From positions 7,793-71,792 of the forward strand of contig JBBRRY010000017.1 in assembly GCA_038245905.1 (NCBI GenBank): a stretch of DNA of 64,000 nucleotides, written 5' to 3'. The notes under the pieces were generated by a model that saw only the letters and a list, made by a program, of their open reading frames with translations, made no database searches and was not told the DNA's origin. How positions within the stretch are numbered: position 1 is the first letter of the stretch; each line of letters starts with the position of its first letter. The position numbers were made by a program, and so were the translations under genes. This DNA is from Thermoanaerobaculia bacterium (lineage in GTDB: Bacteria > Acidobacteriota > Thermoanaerobaculia > UBA5066). Shown in pieces: positions 1 through 11,787 of the stretch.

Positions 1-1
1 C

Positions 2-550
2 GTGCCGTTCCGCCGCCACCTCGTGTGGGAGGTCGTCAAACAGATCCGGGCGCGCGAGCACCGGGGCACGCACAAGACGAAGGTTCGCTCCGAGGTTTCG
101 GGCTCAGGCAAGAAGCCGTTCAAGCAGAAGGGCACCGGCCGCGCGCGTCAGGGCGGCGGACGCCCGCCGATCCACCGTCACGGCGGCACGGTGTTCGGGC
201 CAAGACCGCATTCGTACGACCTGAAGGTCAACGCGAAGGCGAAGAAGGCGGCTCTCTGCTGCGTTCTCTCCGAGAAGGCGCGCGGAAACCAGGTGGTCCT
301 CCTCGACACGCTCCAGCTCGGCAGCCACAAGACGAAGGACTTCGCGGGCGTGCTCGCGAAGCTCGGCATCCAAGGGAAGGCGCTCATCCTCGACCGGAAG
401 GCCAACCTCAACCTGTCCCGCGCCGCCGCGAACAACCCGAAGGTCGTCGCCCTCGACGTCCTCGGCCTCAACGTCTACGACGCGCTGAACGCCGGCACGC
501 TCGTCTTCTCCGAAGACGCGCTTCGGACGGCCATCGAGGTGCTCGCATGA
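2..550 (+). CDS. rplD: 50S ribosomal protein L4 (uL4), 5'-truncated at window edge
   Basis: ORF translation has L4 hallmarks (KQKGTGRARQG...); first gene of S10-type operon order. Confidence 0.9.
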   Translation: MPFRRHLVWEVVKQIRAREHRGTHKTKVRSEVSGSGKKPFKQKGTGRARQGGGRPPIHRHGGTVFGPRPHSYDLKVNAKAKKAALCCVLSEKARGNQVVLLDTLQLGSHKTKDFAGVLAKLGIQGKALILDRKANLNLSRAAANNPKVVALDVLGLNVYDALNAGTLVFSEDALRTAIEVLA

Positions 551-846
551 GCGAGAGAACGATGCAGTCCGTTCTCGTGCGCCCCGTCCTCACGGAGCGC
601 TCCACGGCCATGAGCCAGGCGCAGAACGTCCTCACGTTCGACGTCGCCCGGGACGCGAACAAGATCCAGATCCGCAAAGCCGTCGAGGCCCTCTTCCAGG
701 TCAAGGTCGACGCCGTCCGCGTCGTCGCCGTGTCCGGGAAGATCAAGAAGGTCGGAAAGTCGATCGGCCGGGCCCAGGACCGAAAGAAGGCCTACGTGAA
801 GCTGGCGAAGGGCCAGAAGCTTCCGGCCCTCTTCGAAGGGGTGTAA
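547..846 (+). CDS. rplW: 50S ribosomal protein L23
   Basis: ATG overlaps rplD stop; ~100 aa L23-like; operon position. Confidence 0.9.
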   Translation: MSERTMQSVLVRPVLTERSTAMSQAQNVLTFDVARDANKIQIRKAVEALFQVKVDAVRVVAVSGKIKKVGKSIGRAQDRKKAYVKLAKGQKLPALFEGV

Positions 847-852
847 CGCACC

Positions 853-1674
853 ATGCCCGTAAAGTCATACAAACCCACGTCTCCCGGTCTCCGTCAGCGG
901 ACCACGTCCGACTTCTCGGAGATCACGAAGACCGGACCCGAGAAGTCGCTCACGAAGGGCAAGCTCAAGACCGGCGGCCGCGACAGCCGCGGCCATCTCA
1001 CGTCCTGGTGGCGCGGCGGCGGACACAAGAAGCGCTACCGAACGATCGATTTCAAGCGCGACAAGCACGACATCCCGGCGAAGGTCGCTTCGGTCGAGTA
1101 CGACCCGAACCGGTCCGCACACATCGCCCTTCTGAACTACGCGGACGGCGAGAAGCGTTACATCGTGGCGCCCTCGGGCCTCAAAGTCGGCCAGACGATC
1201 GTCTCCGGCGCCGCCGTCGACATCGTCGTCGGGAACGCGCTTCCGCTCAAGGCGATCCCGCTCGGCACCGTCGTGCATAACATCGAGTTCAAGCCGGGCC
1301 GCGGCGGACAGATGGCGCGGTCGGCGGGAGCCGGGGCGCAGCTCATGGCGAAGGAGGGCGTATACGCCCTTCTCCGCGTTCCGTCGGGCGAGCTCCGCCG
1401 CGTCCGCGTCGACTGTTACGCCACGATCGGACAGGTTGGAAACCTCGAGCACGAGAACATCTCCATCGGCAAGGCCGGCCGCAATCGCTGGCTCGGCTGG
1501 AAGCCGCACAACCGCGGTGTCGCGATGAACCCGGTCGACCACCCGATGGGTGGCGGCGAGGGCAAGACTTCGGGCGGACGCCATCCAACCTCGCCGTGGG
1601 GCTGGAAGACGAAGGGTAAGAAGACGCGCAACAACAAGCGGACCGACGCCTTGATCGTCAAGCGCCGCAAGTAG
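853..1674 (+). CDS. rplB: 50S ribosomal protein L2
   Basis: 273 aa, conserved L2 motifs (GRNxxGxxTxRHRGGG..). Confidence 0.95.
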   Translation: MPVKSYKPTSPGLRQRTTSDFSEITKTGPEKSLTKGKLKTGGRDSRGHLTSWWRGGGHKKRYRTIDFKRDKHDIPAKVASVEYDPNRSAHIALLNYADGEKRYIVAPSGLKVGQTIVSGAAVDIVVGNALPLKAIPLGTVVHNIEFKPGRGGQMARSAGAGAQLMAKEGVYALLRVPSGELRRVRVDCYATIGQVGNLEHENISIGKAGRNRWLGWKPHNRGVAMNPVDHPMGGGEGKTSGGRHPTSPWGWKTKGKKTRNNKRTDALIVKRRK

Positions 1675-1689
1675 GATTCGAGGAAACAC

Positions 1690-2031
<342 letters not shown>

Positions 2032-2040
2032 GGAACGCCG

Positions 2041-2703
2041 ATGGAAGCCGTCGCACGTCTCCGCCACTACCGAGGCTCGGCCCAGAAGGTCCGCCTCGTC
2101 GCCGATCTAATCCGGATGAAGCCGGTCGGGAAAGCGCTCGCGACTCTGCGCACCACGCGAAAGAGCTGCTCGTCCGATCTCCAGAAGCTCGTCGAGTCCG
2201 CGCTCGCGAACGCCCAGCAGAACGAGTCCGGCGTCGACGCGGACGCGCTCGTCGTCGCGAAGATCCAGGTCGACGAGGCCGGACGCAAGCCTCTGCAGCG
2301 CAATTCGATGATCCGCTCGGTCTCGAACTACAAGAAGCGCTTCGCGCGCCCACGCTTCATGAGCGGCCCCCAGGGCCGCATGTGGCTCGTGCCGCGCCCG
2401 TTCTGCCACGTGACGGTCATCCTGTCGGATGCGGCCGCCGCGCGGAAGGAAGCGGGCCTCAAGGCCGAGGCGCCGAAGCCGCTCGTCAAGAAGCGCCAGG
2501 GTCGCGTCGCGGCCGCGGTCTCCGCCGCCGCACACCGCCCCGGCAAGGAGAACCGCGCGGTCGAGCGGGCGCACAAAAAGGTGGCGTCCGACGAGAAGCG
2601 CGCCGAGCGCGTGGAGGCCGCCGAGGCGAGCCACGCCGGGGACAAGAACGAGCACAACGAGAAGAAGTCGAAGAAGCCGGCGAAGCCGGAATCGGCCGGG
2701 TAA
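2041..2703 (+). CDS. rplV: 50S ribosomal protein L22 with ~80 aa K/A/E-rich C-terminal extension
   Basis: L22 N-terminal core (YRGSAQKVRLVADLIR...HVTVILSD), operon order. Confidence 0.88.
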   Translation: MEAVARLRHYRGSAQKVRLVADLIRMKPVGKALATLRTTRKSCSSDLQKLVESALANAQQNESGVDADALVVAKIQVDEAGRKPLQRNSMIRSVSNYKKRFARPRFMSGPQGRMWLVPRPFCHVTVILSDAAAARKEAGLKAEAPKPLVKKRQGRVAAAVSAAAHRPGKENRAVERAHKKVASDEKRAERVEAAEASHAGDKNEHNEKKSKKPAKPESAG

Positions 2704-2715
2704 CGGGAGAACACG

Positions 2716-3363
2716 ATGGGTCAGAAAGTCCACCCTTACGGTTTCCGCATCGGCTACAACCGCACCTGGCACTCGCGCTGGTATGCCGAGAAGGACTACC
2801 TCAAGTTCCTGCACGACGACATCAAGCTCCGTGAGGAGCTCAAGCGGGACCTGGTGAACGCGGCTGTCTCGGAGATCGAGATCGAGCGCGGGAACAAACT
2901 GAAGATCAACATCATGACCGCCCGTCCCGGCGTCATCATCGGGAAGAAGGGCGCGTCCGTGGACCAGCTGCGCGACCGCCTGCAGCAGCGGCTCGGCAAG
3001 GACATCCACGTCAACATCGTCGAGATCCAGCGTCCCGAGACCGACGCGCAGCTCGTCGCCGAGTCGATCGCGATGCAGCTCGAGCGCCGCGTTGCGTTCC
3101 GCCGCGCGATGAAGAAGGGCATGGAGTCCGCGTTCCGCTTCGGCGCGCAGGGAATCAAGATCCGATGCGGCGGCCGCTTGAACGGCGCCGAGATCGCGCG
3201 CTCGGAGTGGTACCAGGAGGGTCGCCTCCCGCTCCACACGCTCAAGGCCGATATCGACTACGGATTCGCCGAGGCGCGCACGACGTACGGAAAGATCGGC
3301 GTCAAGTGCTGGATCTACAAGGGTGACCTCCACCGCGCCAAGAGTCGCCGGAAGGTCGCGTAA
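2716..3363 (+). CDS. rpsC: 30S ribosomal protein S3
   Basis: 215 aa; KH/S3 motifs ([13 protein letters not shown]...). Confidence 0.95.
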   Translation: MGQKVHPYGFRIGYNRTWHSRWYAEKDYLKFLHDDIKLREELKRDLVNAAVSEIEIERGNKLKINIMTARPGVIIGKKGASVDQLRDRLQQRLGKDIHVNIVEIQRPETDAQLVAESIAMQLERRVAFRRAMKKGMESAFRFGAQGIKIRCGGRLNGAEIARSEWYQEGRLPLHTLKADIDYGFAEARTTYGKIGVKCWIYKGDLHRAKSRRKVA

Positions 3364-3375
3364 GGAACAACGCTG

Positions 3376-3801
3376 ATGTTGATGCCGTCGAAGGTCAAGT
3401 ACAGGAAGCAGCAGAGAGGCCGCATGCGCGGAACTGCGTACAAGGGCTCGGAGCTCTCGTTCGGGGAGTACGGGCTGCAGGCGCTCGAGCCGGGCTGGCT
3501 CACGGCGCGCCAGATCGAGGCTGCCCGCGTAGCGGTCCAGCGCCACGTGAAGCGCGGCGGGAAGCTCTGGATCCGCGTCTTCCCCGACAAGCCGATCACG
3601 AAGAAGCCCGCGGAAACACGCATGGGTAAGGGCAAGGGCGCACCCGAAGGCTGGGTCTGCGTCATCAAGCCGGCCCGGATCATGTTCGAGATGGAAGGCG
3701 TCGACGAGAAGACGGCGCGCGAAGCATTCGGCCTCGCGGGGGACAAGATCGGGATCAAGACCCGGTTCGTCTCGCGCACTTTCCTCGCGGCGGTGAGGTA
3801 A
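3376..3801 (+). CDS. rplP: 50S ribosomal protein L16
   Basis: 141 aa L16 ([16 protein letters not shown]...). Confidence 0.95.
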   Translation: MLMPSKVKYRKQQRGRMRGTAYKGSELSFGEYGLQALEPGWLTARQIEAARVAVQRHVKRGGKLWIRVFPDKPITKKPAETRMGKGKGAPEGWVCVIKPARIMFEMEGVDEKTAREAFGLAGDKIGIKTRFVSRTFLAAVR

Positions 3802-3805
3802 GCGC

Positions 3806-4291
3806 ATGACGATGAAGATCCAGGCCATGCTCGACTGGTCTCCCGAGGAGAAGGCGGCGAAGGCGAAGGAGTGGGCCCAGTCCCTCTTCACGCTCCGTCT
3901 CCAGAAGGCCACGGGACAGCTCGAAAATCCGATGAAGATCAAGGAGCTTCGAAAAGACATCGCTCGCCTCAAGACCGCGCAGCACATGGGCGCCGTCGAG
4001 ACGGCGGCGGCGGCGGCTCACGAAGTTGCGCCCCATTCGGAGGGGACCGAAGAGAAGAGCTCTGCGAATGTGAAGAGCGCGGTGGGAACGGCGAAGCACA
4101 AGGGCCACGCGGTCGCGTCCGGCAAGGGCGCGAAGAAGCGCGCTGCGGCTGCGAAGGCGACACACAAGAAGGCGGCCGGCGCCCCTGCGAAGGCTCATTC
4201 ACCTTCTAAGAAATCTTCATCTCCGAAAGGCAAGCCCGCTGCTGCCTCGAAGAGCAAGTCCGCCCCCGCGAAGAAAAGCAAAAAGAAGTAG
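3806..4291 (+). CDS. rpmC: 50S ribosomal protein L29 with ~95 aa lysine/alanine-rich histone-H1-like tail
   Basis: L29 core in first ~65 aa; KA-rich extension contains AT-rich element at 4203-4224. Confidence 0.85.
   Translation: MTMKIQAMLDWSPEEKAAKAKEWAQSLFTLRLQKATGQLENPMKIKELRKDIARLKTAQHMGAVETAAAAAHEVAPHSEGTEEKSSANVKSAVGTAKHKGHAVASGKGAKKRAAAAKATHKKAAGAPAKAHSPSKKSSSPKGKPAAASKSKSAPAKKSKKK
4198..4226 (+). repeat. AT-rich element, 16S-tail-like orientation (CACCTTCTAAGAAATCTTCATCTCC), in-frame in rpmC tail
   Basis: exact core TTCTAAGAA. Confidence 0.7.
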
Positions 4292-4307
4292 TTCGTAACA
4301 GGAAGCA

Positions 4308-4730
4308 GTGAGCACGATCATGAGCAGCACCCCGAATCCCCAGCCGACGCCGGCGGCCGGCGCGTCCGCGGCCGACCAGCCGCGGCGCACCCGCAAGATC
4401 GGGATCGTCGTCTCGAACAAGATGGAGAAGACGGTCGTCGTCGAGGTTTCGCGCACCGTCAAGCACGAGCGCTACGGCCGCTACCAGAAGAAGTCCGCGC
4501 GCTTCCTGGCGGACGACCGTGTTCTCAAGGCGCTGCCCGGCGACACGGTTCAGATCGAGGAGACGCGTCCGCTGTCGGCCCGCAAGCGCTGGCGGGTGAT
4601 CACGATCGTGACGAGGGGCCGCCAGGCGGTTTCCGACACGGCCGACGTTCCGGGCAGTGCGAAGAAGATCGCGCCGAAGTCGGTCCCCGATAAGAAGCTG
4701 GCGGGTAAGCCGGCGAAGAGGCAGTCATGA
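4308..4730 (+). CDS. rpsQ: 30S ribosomal protein S17 with N- and C-terminal extensions
   Basis: S17 core ([18 protein letters not shown]...), GTG start. Confidence 0.9.
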   Translation: MSTIMSSTPNPQPTPAAGASAADQPRRTRKIGIVVSNKMEKTVVVEVSRTVKHERYGRYQKKSARFLADDRVLKALPGDTVQIEETRPLSARKRWRVITIVTRGRQAVSDTADVPGSAKKIAPKSVPDKKLAGKPAKRQS

Positions 4731-5101
4731 TCCAGATGGGGACGATTCTCGAAGTCGCCGACAACTCGGGTGCCCGCCGGCTCTTCTGCATCAAGGTGCA
4801 GGGCGGGTCGACCGGCGACTACGGCCGCATCGGCGACGTCATCACCTGCTCGGTGAAGGAGTCGAATCCCGACGCGCCGGACACGGTCAAGAAGGGCAAG
4901 GTCGTCAAAGCCGTCATCGTGCGCACGGTTCGCGAGCAGCGGCGCCGCGACGGCAGCTACATCAAGTTCGACACGAACGCCGCCGTCCTCGTCAACGCCG
5001 AAAAAGAGCCGATCGGAACCCGTGTGTTCGGGCCGGTCGCTCGTGAGCTCCGCGAGAAGAAATTCATGAAGATCATCTCGCTGGCTCCGGAAGTCATCTG
5101 A
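4727..5101 (+). CDS. rplN: 50S ribosomal protein L14
   Basis: 124 aa L14 ([17 protein letters not shown]), ATGA overlap with rpsQ. Confidence 0.95.
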   Translation: MIQMGTILEVADNSGARRLFCIKVQGGSTGDYGRIGDVITCSVKESNPDAPDTVKKGKVVKAVIVRTVREQRRRDGSYIKFDTNAAVLVNAEKEPIGTRVFGPVARELREKKFMKIISLAPEVI

Positions 5102-5102
5102 C

Positions 5103-5468
5103 ATGAAGAAAAAGCAGCCGACATACTCCGGAAAGCGCCGGATTCGCAAGGACGACCTCGTGGTCGTCCTCACGGGGAAAGACCGCGGGGCCCAGGGGAA
5201 GATCCTCAAGATGCTGCCCGACAAGGGCCGCGCCGTCGTCGAGGGCGTGAACAAGATCAAGCGGGCCACGCGCGCGAATCCACAGAAGAACATCAAGGGC
5301 GGCATCCTCGAGCGCGAGGCGCCGATCGCCCTCTCCAACCTCATGCTCGTCGACCCCGAGGGCGGCAAGCCGACGCGCGTGGGAATCCGCCCGGAAGGCG
5401 GGGAGTGGGTGCGCTACGCCAAGAAGAGCAGGACGACCATCGGCACGCTCCGGCCGGCGGGCGAGTGA
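5103..5468 (+). CDS. rplX: 50S ribosomal protein L24
   Basis: KOW motif protein, operon order. Confidence 0.93.
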   Translation: MKKKQPTYSGKRRIRKDDLVVVLTGKDRGAQGKILKMLPDKGRAVVEGVNKIKRATRANPQKNIKGGILEREAPIALSNLMLVDPEGGKPTRVGIRPEGGEWVRYAKKSRTTIGTLRPAGE

Positions 5469-5475
5469 GGAGAGC

Positions 5476-6021
5476 ATGAGCACGCCGCGTCTCGCAGAGA
5501 AGTACCGAAAAGAAGTCGTTCCGGTCCTCAAGAAGGAGTTCGGGATCGACAATCCGATGGCGGTTCCGAAGGTCGAGAAGGTCGTCCTCAACATGGGGAT
5601 CGGCGAAGCGATCACGAACGCGAAGCTCGTCGACACCGCCGCCGAGGAGCTCACGAAGATCGCCGGCCAGCGAGCCGTCGTGACCAAGGCGAAGAAGTCC
5701 ATCGCCACGTTCAAGCTGCGCGCGGGCATGCCGATCGGCTGCCGCGTCACGCTGCGCGGCGATCGGATGTACGAGTTCCTGGACCGCCTCATGAACGTCG
5801 CGCTTCCCAGGGTCCGCGACTTCCGCGGCGTGCCGACGCGCGCCTTCGACGGCCGGGGCAACTACACGCTCGGCGTCAAGGATCACCTCATCTTCCCCGA
5901 GATCGACCCCACGAAAATCGACAAGTCCAAGGGTCTCAACGTCACCATCGTCACGACGGCAGGCTCGGATGACCGGGCCCGGGTTCTTCTGAAGGAACTC
6001 GGAATGCCGTTCGGCCGATAG
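5476..6021 (+). CDS. rplE: 50S ribosomal protein L5
   Basis: 181 aa L5. Confidence 0.95.
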   Translation: MSTPRLAEKYRKEVVPVLKKEFGIDNPMAVPKVEKVVLNMGIGEAITNAKLVDTAAEELTKIAGQRAVVTKAKKSIATFKLRAGMPIGCRVTLRGDRMYEFLDRLMNVALPRVRDFRGVPTRAFDGRGNYTLGVKDHLIFPEIDPTKIDKSKGLNVTIVTTAGSDDRARVLLKELGMPFGR

Positions 6022-6040
6022 CAAGTCAAGGAGCGCAGGC

Positions 6041-6226
6041 ATGGCTCGTCGCGCCGCGATCATCAAGGCAAATTCAAAACTGAAGTACGCGATCCGCAAG
6101 CGAAACCGCTGCATGCGCTGCGGGCGTCCGCGGGCGTTTCTTCGCAAGTTCGGCTTGTGCCGCATTTGCTTCCGGAACCTCGCGCTCGCGGGCTACGTGC
6201 CCGGAGTGACGAAGGCGTCGTGGTGA
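6041..6226 (+). CDS. rpsN: 30S ribosomal protein S14 type Z (zinc-binding)
   Basis: 61 aa with CxxC...CxxC. Confidence 0.93.
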   Translation: MARRAAIIKANSKLKYAIRKRNRCMRCGRPRAFLRKFGLCRICFRNLALAGYVPGVTKASW

Positions 6227-6236
6227 GGAGGGGACG

Positions 6237-6635
6237 ATGAACATCAGCGATCCCGTCTCCGATCTCCTCGCGCGCCTCCGGAACGCGCTGTCGGCCCGGC
6301 ACGAGAAGGCTGACGTCCCATCGTCGCGCTTCAAGGTCGAGCTGGCCCGCATCCTCAAGGATGAGGGTTACATCAAGAACTTCAAGGTCATGGACGACCG
6401 GGGCGGAAGCCTCCTCCGGCTTTACCTGAAGTACGACGACGCAGGGAACCCGGTCATCCACGGGTTGACGCGATCGAGCAAGCCCGGCCGCCGCCTGTAT
6501 GCCGGCAAGGACGAGCTTCCGGAGGTCCTCGGCGGCCTCGGCGTCGCCATCGTCTCCACCTCGCAGGGCCTCCTCTCCGGCAACGACGCGAAAAAGCGCG
6601 GCGTTGGCGGCGAAGTCGTCTGCACGGTGTGGTGA
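6237..6635 (+). CDS. rpsH: 30S ribosomal protein S8
   Basis: 132 aa S8. Confidence 0.95.
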   Translation: MNISDPVSDLLARLRNALSARHEKADVPSSRFKVELARILKDEGYIKNFKVMDDRGGSLLRLYLKYDDAGNPVIHGLTRSSKPGRRLYAGKDELPEVLGGLGVAIVSTSQGLLSGNDAKKRGVGGEVVCTVW

Positions 6636-6644
6636 GGAACGCAT

Positions 6645-7202
6645 ATGTCGCGAGTCGGTAAGAAACCCATCACCATTCCCAAGGGAGTGGACGTCCAGGT
6701 CGCGGGCTCGACCGTCACCGTCAAGGGGCCGAAGGGCTCCGTCGTGACGCCGATCCTCGCGGGCATCTCGATCGAGAACAAGAGCGGCATTCTCAGCCTC
6801 ATGCGCCGCGGCGAGGAGAAGAAGGACAAGGCCCTCCATGGACTGAACCGCGCGCTCCTCCAGAACGCCGTGAAGGGCGTGACCGAGGGCTTCAAGCGGG
6901 AGATCGATCTCGTCGGAATCGGCTTCAAGGCCGAGAAGAAGGCCAAAGAAGTCGTGTTCTCCGTAGGCTTTTCCCACCAGGTGAAATTCCCCGTGCCGGA
7001 GGGAATCACGATCGACGTGGCGCCCGACGCGAAAGCCAAGGACATCACGCACGTCATCGTGACCGGCGTCGACAAGCAGAAGGTCGGACAGACGGCCACC
7101 GAGATTCGCGGCATTCGTCCGCCGGACCCGTACAAACTGAAGGGATTCCGCTTTGTCGGCGAAATCCTGAAGAAGAAGGCCGGCAAGGCCACGGGCAAGT
7201 AA
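6645..7202 (+). CDS. rplF: 50S ribosomal protein L6
   Basis: 185 aa L6. Confidence 0.95.
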   Translation: MSRVGKKPITIPKGVDVQVAGSTVTVKGPKGSVVTPILAGISIENKSGILSLMRRGEEKKDKALHGLNRALLQNAVKGVTEGFKREIDLVGIGFKAEKKAKEVVFSVGFSHQVKFPVPEGITIDVAPDAKAKDITHVIVTGVDKQKVGQTATEIRGIRPPDPYKLKGFRFVGEILKKKAGKATGK

Positions 7203-7221
7203 GGTTAAGGAAGCAGGAACC

Positions 7222-7590
7222 ATGGACAAGGCAAGAGCCCGGGTCGAAGCGAAAACGCGCATCCATGCGCGCATCCGGCAGAAGGTCAAGGGCACGGCCG
7301 CGCGGCCGCGTCTCGCGGTGTCCCGCACCCTTCGCTGGATCTCCGTTCAGGTCATCGACGACGCCGCCGGTGCGACGCTCGCCCACGCGACGTCGCGCGA
7401 GGAAGGCGTGCGCGGAAAAGCGAAGAGCGCGGCCAACAAGACGGCCGCCGTCAAGGTGGGGACGCTCATCGCCGAGCGCGCCCAGGCCAAGGGGATTCAG
7501 GCGGTCGTGTTCGACCGCGGCGGCCATCTCTACCACGGCAACGTGAAAGCGCTCGCGGAAGCCGCCCGCGAGAAGGGGTTGAAGTTTTGA
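7222..7590 (+). CDS. rplR: 50S ribosomal protein L18
   Basis: 122 aa L18. Confidence 0.93.
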   Translation: MDKARARVEAKTRIHARIRQKVKGTAARPRLAVSRTLRWISVQVIDDAAGATLAHATSREEGVRGKAKSAANKTAAVKVGTLIAERAQAKGIQAVVFDRGGHLYHGNVKALAEAAREKGLKF

Positions 7591-8261
7591 GCAGCACTCC
7601 GCCAGCCAATCGTCCTCCGCGCCCGAACCGTCCCGGCGGCCGCTCCGGCGGTCCCGGCGGCCCGCCCCAGCGCCCCGCCGGCGCTCTCGGTGAAGGCCGC
7701 GCGGGAGCCGACCTCATCGACCACGTCGTCCACATCAACCGCGTCACGAAGGTCGTAAAAGGCGGCAAGAACTTCTCGTTCTCGGCCCTCGTCGTCGTGG
7801 GCGACGGGCATGGCCGCGTCGGCTATGGTGCCGGCAAGGCGAAGGAAGTCCCGATGGCCATCAAGAAGGGCATCGAGATGGCGAAGAAGAAGATGATCAG
7901 CGTCCCCCTGAAGGGCAAGACGATCCCGCATCCGATCGTCGGCCACTACGGCGCCGGCCGGGTCATGCTGAAGCCGGCTTCCGAAGGCACGGGCGTCATC
8001 GCAGGCGGTGCCGTCCGCGCGGTGCTCGAGTCGGCCGGAGTCCAGAACATCCTCACGAAGTCCCTCGGCACGACGAACCCGCACAACGTCGTCAAGGCCA
8101 CGTTCGACGCGCTGCTGCACCTGCAGCTCGAGTCGACGATCGCCCGGGCGCGCGGCCTGGGCAGCAACGAGCCGAAGGCCGCCGAACCCGTGACTGCGCT
8201 CGCGCCCACAACGGCGCTCGCGCCGGCCGTGGACGTCGATGCCACGGAGAAAATCGGATGA
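7587..8261 (+). CDS. rpsE: 30S ribosomal protein S5 with P/G-rich N-terminal and C-terminal extensions
   Basis: S5 core ([25 protein letters not shown]), TTG start overlapping rplR stop. Confidence 0.9.
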   Translation: MSSTPPANRPPRPNRPGGRSGGPGGPPQRPAGALGEGRAGADLIDHVVHINRVTKVVKGGKNFSFSALVVVGDGHGRVGYGAGKAKEVPMAIKKGIEMAKKKMISVPLKGKTIPHPIVGHYGAGRVMLKPASEGTGVIAGGAVRAVLESAGVQNILTKSLGTTNPHNVVKATFDALLHLQLESTIARARGLGSNEPKAAEPVTALAPTTALAPAVDVDATEKIG

Positions 8262-8509
8262 GCGAAGCGCAGAAAAAAGAGAAGAAAAAGCCCACGGCCG
8301 CCGCGAAGGCGGTGGCTCCGAAGCACATTCGCATTCGCCAGATCAAGTCTGGCATCTGCACGCCCGTCGACCAGAAACAGACTCTCTTCGGGCTCGGCCT
8401 CCGCCGCATCAGGCAGGAAGTCGTCCGCCTCGACACCCCGGCGATCCGGGGCCAGGTCCACAAAGTCCGCCACCTCGTCGAAATCGTCGAGGGCGGCGCG
8501 GCGAGGTAA
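8258..8509 (+). CDS. rpmD: 50S ribosomal protein L30
   Basis: 83 aa, L30 core after K-rich N-terminus. Confidence 0.88.
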   Translation: MSEAQKKEKKKPTAAAKAVAPKHIRIRQIKSGICTPVDQKQTLFGLGLRRIRQEVVRLDTPAIRGQVHKVRHLVEIVEGGAAR

Positions 8510-8512
8510 CGC

Positions 8513-8974
8513 ATGTCGCACGTGTCGCACGGACTCCACAACCTCGGGCCCCGCAAGGGCGCGACCCAGACGAAAAAGCGAGTTGGCCGCGGTCCTGGCT
8601 CCGGTCTCGGCAAGACGTCGGGCAAGGGCCACAAAGGCCAGAACTCGCGCAGCGGCTATTCGCATCTGCGCGGCCACGAAGGCGGACAGAACCCGCTCCA
8701 CCGCCGGCTTCCGAAGCGCGGCTTCACGAACATTTTCCGCAAGGAGTGGACGACGGTCAGCGTCGAGGCTCTCGAGCGTATGTTCAAGGCGGGTGACGCG
8801 GTCACCCTCGAGGCCCTCAAGAGCGCTGGAGTCAAGAAGACGAGCCAGGGCGTGAAGGTTCTCGGCTCGGGCGAGCTCAAGAAGGCGCTCGTCGTCTCCG
8901 CGCACCACTTCACGGAAGGCGCGAAGAAGAAGATCGAAGCCGCCGGCGGCCGCTGCGAGGTCGTGGCTCGGTAA
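8513..8974 (+). CDS. rplO: 50S ribosomal protein L15
   Basis: 153 aa L15. Confidence 0.93.
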   Translation: MSHVSHGLHNLGPRKGATQTKKRVGRGPGSGLGKTSGKGHKGQNSRSGYSHLRGHEGGQNPLHRRLPKRGFTNIFRKEWTTVSVEALERMFKAGDAVTLEALKSAGVKKTSQGVKVLGSGELKKALVVSAHHFTEGAKKKIEAAGGRCEVVAR

Positions 8975-10377
8975 TGCAGATCCTCGAGTCGTTCCGCAAC
9001 ATTTTCGCGATCCCGGACCTGAGGAAACGTGTCCTCTTCACGTTCGGGCTGCTTGCGATCTACCGGATCGGTTCGCACATCCCGACGCCCGGTCTCGACG
9101 CGTCCGCCCTCGAAGAGTTCTTCAAGGCGAGCGCCGGGGGGCTGCTCGGCTTCCTCGACGTGTTCTCGGGCGGGGCGCTCCGGCGGCTGTCCGTGTTCGC
9201 GCTCGGCATCACGCCATACATCACGGCGTCGATCATCCTTCAGCTCCTGACGGTCGTCTGGCCCTACCTCGAGAAGCTCTCGAAGGAAGGAGAGATGGGA
9301 CGCCGGAAGATCACGCAGTACACGCGCTACGGCACGGTCATCCTCTCGGTCGTCCAGGGGACCGGCATCTCGCTCTGGCTCTGGAGCCAGACGACGCCGA
9401 GCGGGCGGTTCCTCGCGCTGCGCGACCCGGGATCGGACGCGGGCAAGCTCGGGTTCGTCCTCATGGCGATCCTGACGCTCACGACGGGCACGGCGTTCGT
9501 CATGTGGCTCGGCGAGCAGATAACGGAACGAGGAATCGGTAACGGGATTTCGCTGATCATCTTCGCAGGCATCGTCGCCGGGTTCCCGGGCGCGGTCATC
9601 AACTCGATCCAGCAGGTCCAGCGCGGCGCCATGTCGCTCTTCACGGGGCTCATCCTCCTCGTCTTCATGATCGGGGTGGTTGCGGCAATCGTCTTCGTCG
9701 AGCGCGCCCAGCGGCGCATCCCGGTGCAATACGCAAAACGCGTCGTCGGCCGGAAGGTCTACGGAGGCCAGAACACGTACCTGCCCCTGCGCGTGAACAC
9801 GGGCGGCGTCATCCCGATCATTTTCGCGGTCTCGATCATCCAGTTCCCGCAGTACATCGCGTCCGCGTTCAAGAGCGACTTCATGAAGAAGATCGCCGAG
9901 CAGCTCTCCATCGGGCAGCCGCTCTACAACCTCTTCTATGCGCTCGGCATCATCTTCTTCTGCTACTTCTACATTTCGATCATCTTCAACCCGAACGACA
10001 CGGCCGAGAACATGCGCAAGTACGGCGGCTTCATCCCGGGCATCCGCCCCGGAAAGGCCACGTCGGACTACATCGACAACGTGCTCACGCGCATCACCCT
10101 CATCGGCGCTCTCTATCTCGTGGTCGTCGCCCTCATCCCCGAGTTCCTCACGATGGGCTTCAAGGTGCAGGGCATTCCGGGCATCGGCCCGTGGCTCGAC
10201 GGGCACCTGCCCGCGTTCGTGACGCAGGGCCTCGGCATCACGTTCTTCTTCGGCGGCACGTCGCTTCTCATCGTCGTGGGCGTCGCCATGGACACGGTCC
10301 AGCAAGTGGAGTCGCAGCTCGTCATGCGTAACTACGATGGCTTCCTCAAGAAGGGCCGCATCCGGGGGCGTCGCTGA
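8974..10377 (+). CDS. secY: preprotein translocase subunit SecY
   Basis: 467 aa, 10 TM SecY signature; TAATG overlap with rplO. Confidence 0.95.
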   Translation: MQILESFRNIFAIPDLRKRVLFTFGLLAIYRIGSHIPTPGLDASALEEFFKASAGGLLGFLDVFSGGALRRLSVFALGITPYITASIILQLLTVVWPYLEKLSKEGEMGRRKITQYTRYGTVILSVVQGTGISLWLWSQTTPSGRFLALRDPGSDAGKLGFVLMAILTLTTGTAFVMWLGEQITERGIGNGISLIIFAGIVAGFPGAVINSIQQVQRGAMSLFTGLILLVFMIGVVAAIVFVERAQRRIPVQYAKRVVGRKVYGGQNTYLPLRVNTGGVIPIIFAVSIIQFPQYIASAFKSDFMKKIAEQLSIGQPLYNLFYALGIIFFCYFYISIIFNPNDTAENMRKYGGFIPGIRPGKATSDYIDNVLTRITLIGALYLVVVALIPEFLTMGFKVQGIPGIGPWLDGHLPAFVTQGLGITFFFGGTSLLIVVGVAMDTVQQVESQLVMRNYDGFLKKGRIRGRR

Positions 10378-10381
10378 CGAC

Positions 10382-10951
10382 ATGCCATCCGCCGTCGTTT
10401 TCTTCGGCCCTCCCGGCTCGGGAAAGGGGACTCAGGCGTCGCGGCTCGCGGCGTCGCTGGGGATTCCCCAGGTCTCGACCGGAGACCTCCTCCGGAGTCA
10501 CGTCTCACGGGGAACGGCGCTCGGCGGAATCGCGAAACCCATCATGGAGTCGGGCGCGCTCGTGCCGGACGATCTCGTGACGAAGATGCTGAAAGAGCGG
10601 CTCGCCGAGGCCGACGCGAAAAGCGGGGCGATTTTCGACGGGTATCCGAGAACGGTCGCACAGGCCCAGTCTCTCGAGGCGCTCCTCGAGGGCGCCGGCG
10701 GCCGCGTGAACCCGGTGCTCTTCATCGACGTGCCCGACACAACGCTCGTCGACCGGTTGCTCAAGCGCGCCACCCTAGAAGGTCGTGCGGACGACACGAA
10801 GGAGACAATCGCCGAGCGGCTGCGCGTGTATCGCGAGAAGACGGCGCCGCTTGCCGACCTCTACGCGAAGGCCGGTGTTCTCGTGAAGATCGATGGCGAC
10901 CGCTCCGTCGAGGCCGTCGCGGTGGACGTGCGCCGGGCGGTGATCGCGTGA
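10382..10951 (+). CDS. adk: adenylate kinase (short form, no zinc lid cysteines)
   Basis: P-loop GPPGSGKGTQ; internal ATG 10382 chosen over upstream extension. Confidence 0.9.
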   Translation: MPSAVVFFGPPGSGKGTQASRLAASLGIPQVSTGDLLRSHVSRGTALGGIAKPIMESGALVPDDLVTKMLKERLAEADAKSGAIFDGYPRTVAQAQSLEALLEGAGGRVNPVLFIDVPDTTLVDRLLKRATLEGRADDTKETIAERLRVYREKTAPLADLYAKAGVLVKIDGDRSVEAVAVDVRRAVIA

Positions 10952-11766
10952 TCACCTGCAAGGGCAAGTCGGAGATCCTCAAGATGGAGCACGCGGCCCG
11001 CATCGTGCACGAGACGTTGTCCGAGTGTGTGGCGGCGTGCCTCGCCGGGAGGACGACGGAGGAGATCGACCGCATCGCGGCGGCCGGCATCGCGTCTCGC
11101 GGCGGCAAGCCCGCATTCCCGGGCTATCGCGGCTACCCCAAGACGCTCTGCATCTCGATCAACGACGAGGTGGTTCACGGCATCCCGTCGACGAAGCGCG
11201 TCCTCAAGGCGGGCGACGTCGTGGGGCTGGACCTGGGCGCGATCGTCGAGGGCTACTACGCGGACGCCGCGCGCTCGATCGCCGTCGAGCCGGTGCCCGC
11301 CCCGGTGCGGGAGTTGATCGACACGACGCACGCTGCCCTCCTTGCCGGTATCGGGGCCGTCGTCGTCGGCGGCCGCATCGGCGACATCGGGGCGGCCGTC
11401 GAGGCCGTCGCGAGGAGCAAGAAGTACGGCGTCGTTCGTGAGTTCGTGGGCCACGGGATCGGTACGGCGCTCCATGAAGAGCCGCAGGTTCCGAACTACG
11501 GCCCCGGCGGCAAGCGCGAGATCATCCGCGAGGGGATGGTCCTTGCCATCGAGCCGATGTTCAACCTCGGCGCCGCGGCGGTCACGACCGATGCCGACGG
11601 ATGGACCGTGCGCACGAAGGACGGTCGGCCCTCGGCGCATTTCGAGCACACGGTGGTGGCGACGGCCAAGGGGCCGGTCGTCCTCGGGTTCGGGCGATTC
11701 ACGGCCGGTTCGGCGCAGACGGGCGCCCCCGGTCTTCACGAGTATCCGCTTCCCGTCGCGGTTTGA
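10948..11766 (+). CDS. map: methionine aminopeptidase type I
   Basis: 272 aa MetAP. Confidence 0.92.
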   Translation: MITCKGKSEILKMEHAARIVHETLSECVAACLAGRTTEEIDRIAAAGIASRGGKPAFPGYRGYPKTLCISINDEVVHGIPSTKRVLKAGDVVGLDLGAIVEGYYADAARSIAVEPVPAPVRELIDTTHAALLAGIGAVVVGGRIGDIGAAVEAVARSKKYGVVREFVGHGIGTALHEEPQVPNYGPGGKREIIREGMVLAIEPMFNLGAAAVTTDADGWTVRTKDGRPSAHFEHTVVATAKGPVVLGFGRFTAGSAQTGAPGLHEYPLPVAV

Positions 11767-11787
11767 CGGCAGCGAGACAGAAGGTTT

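Noticed and set aside
2281-2420. Possible frameshift in rplV because the L22 C-terminal region deviates from consensus
   Set aside because: Other frames contain stops or non-L22 sequence. The called frame retains HVTVILSD, and the deviation is consistent with a lineage-specific insertion.
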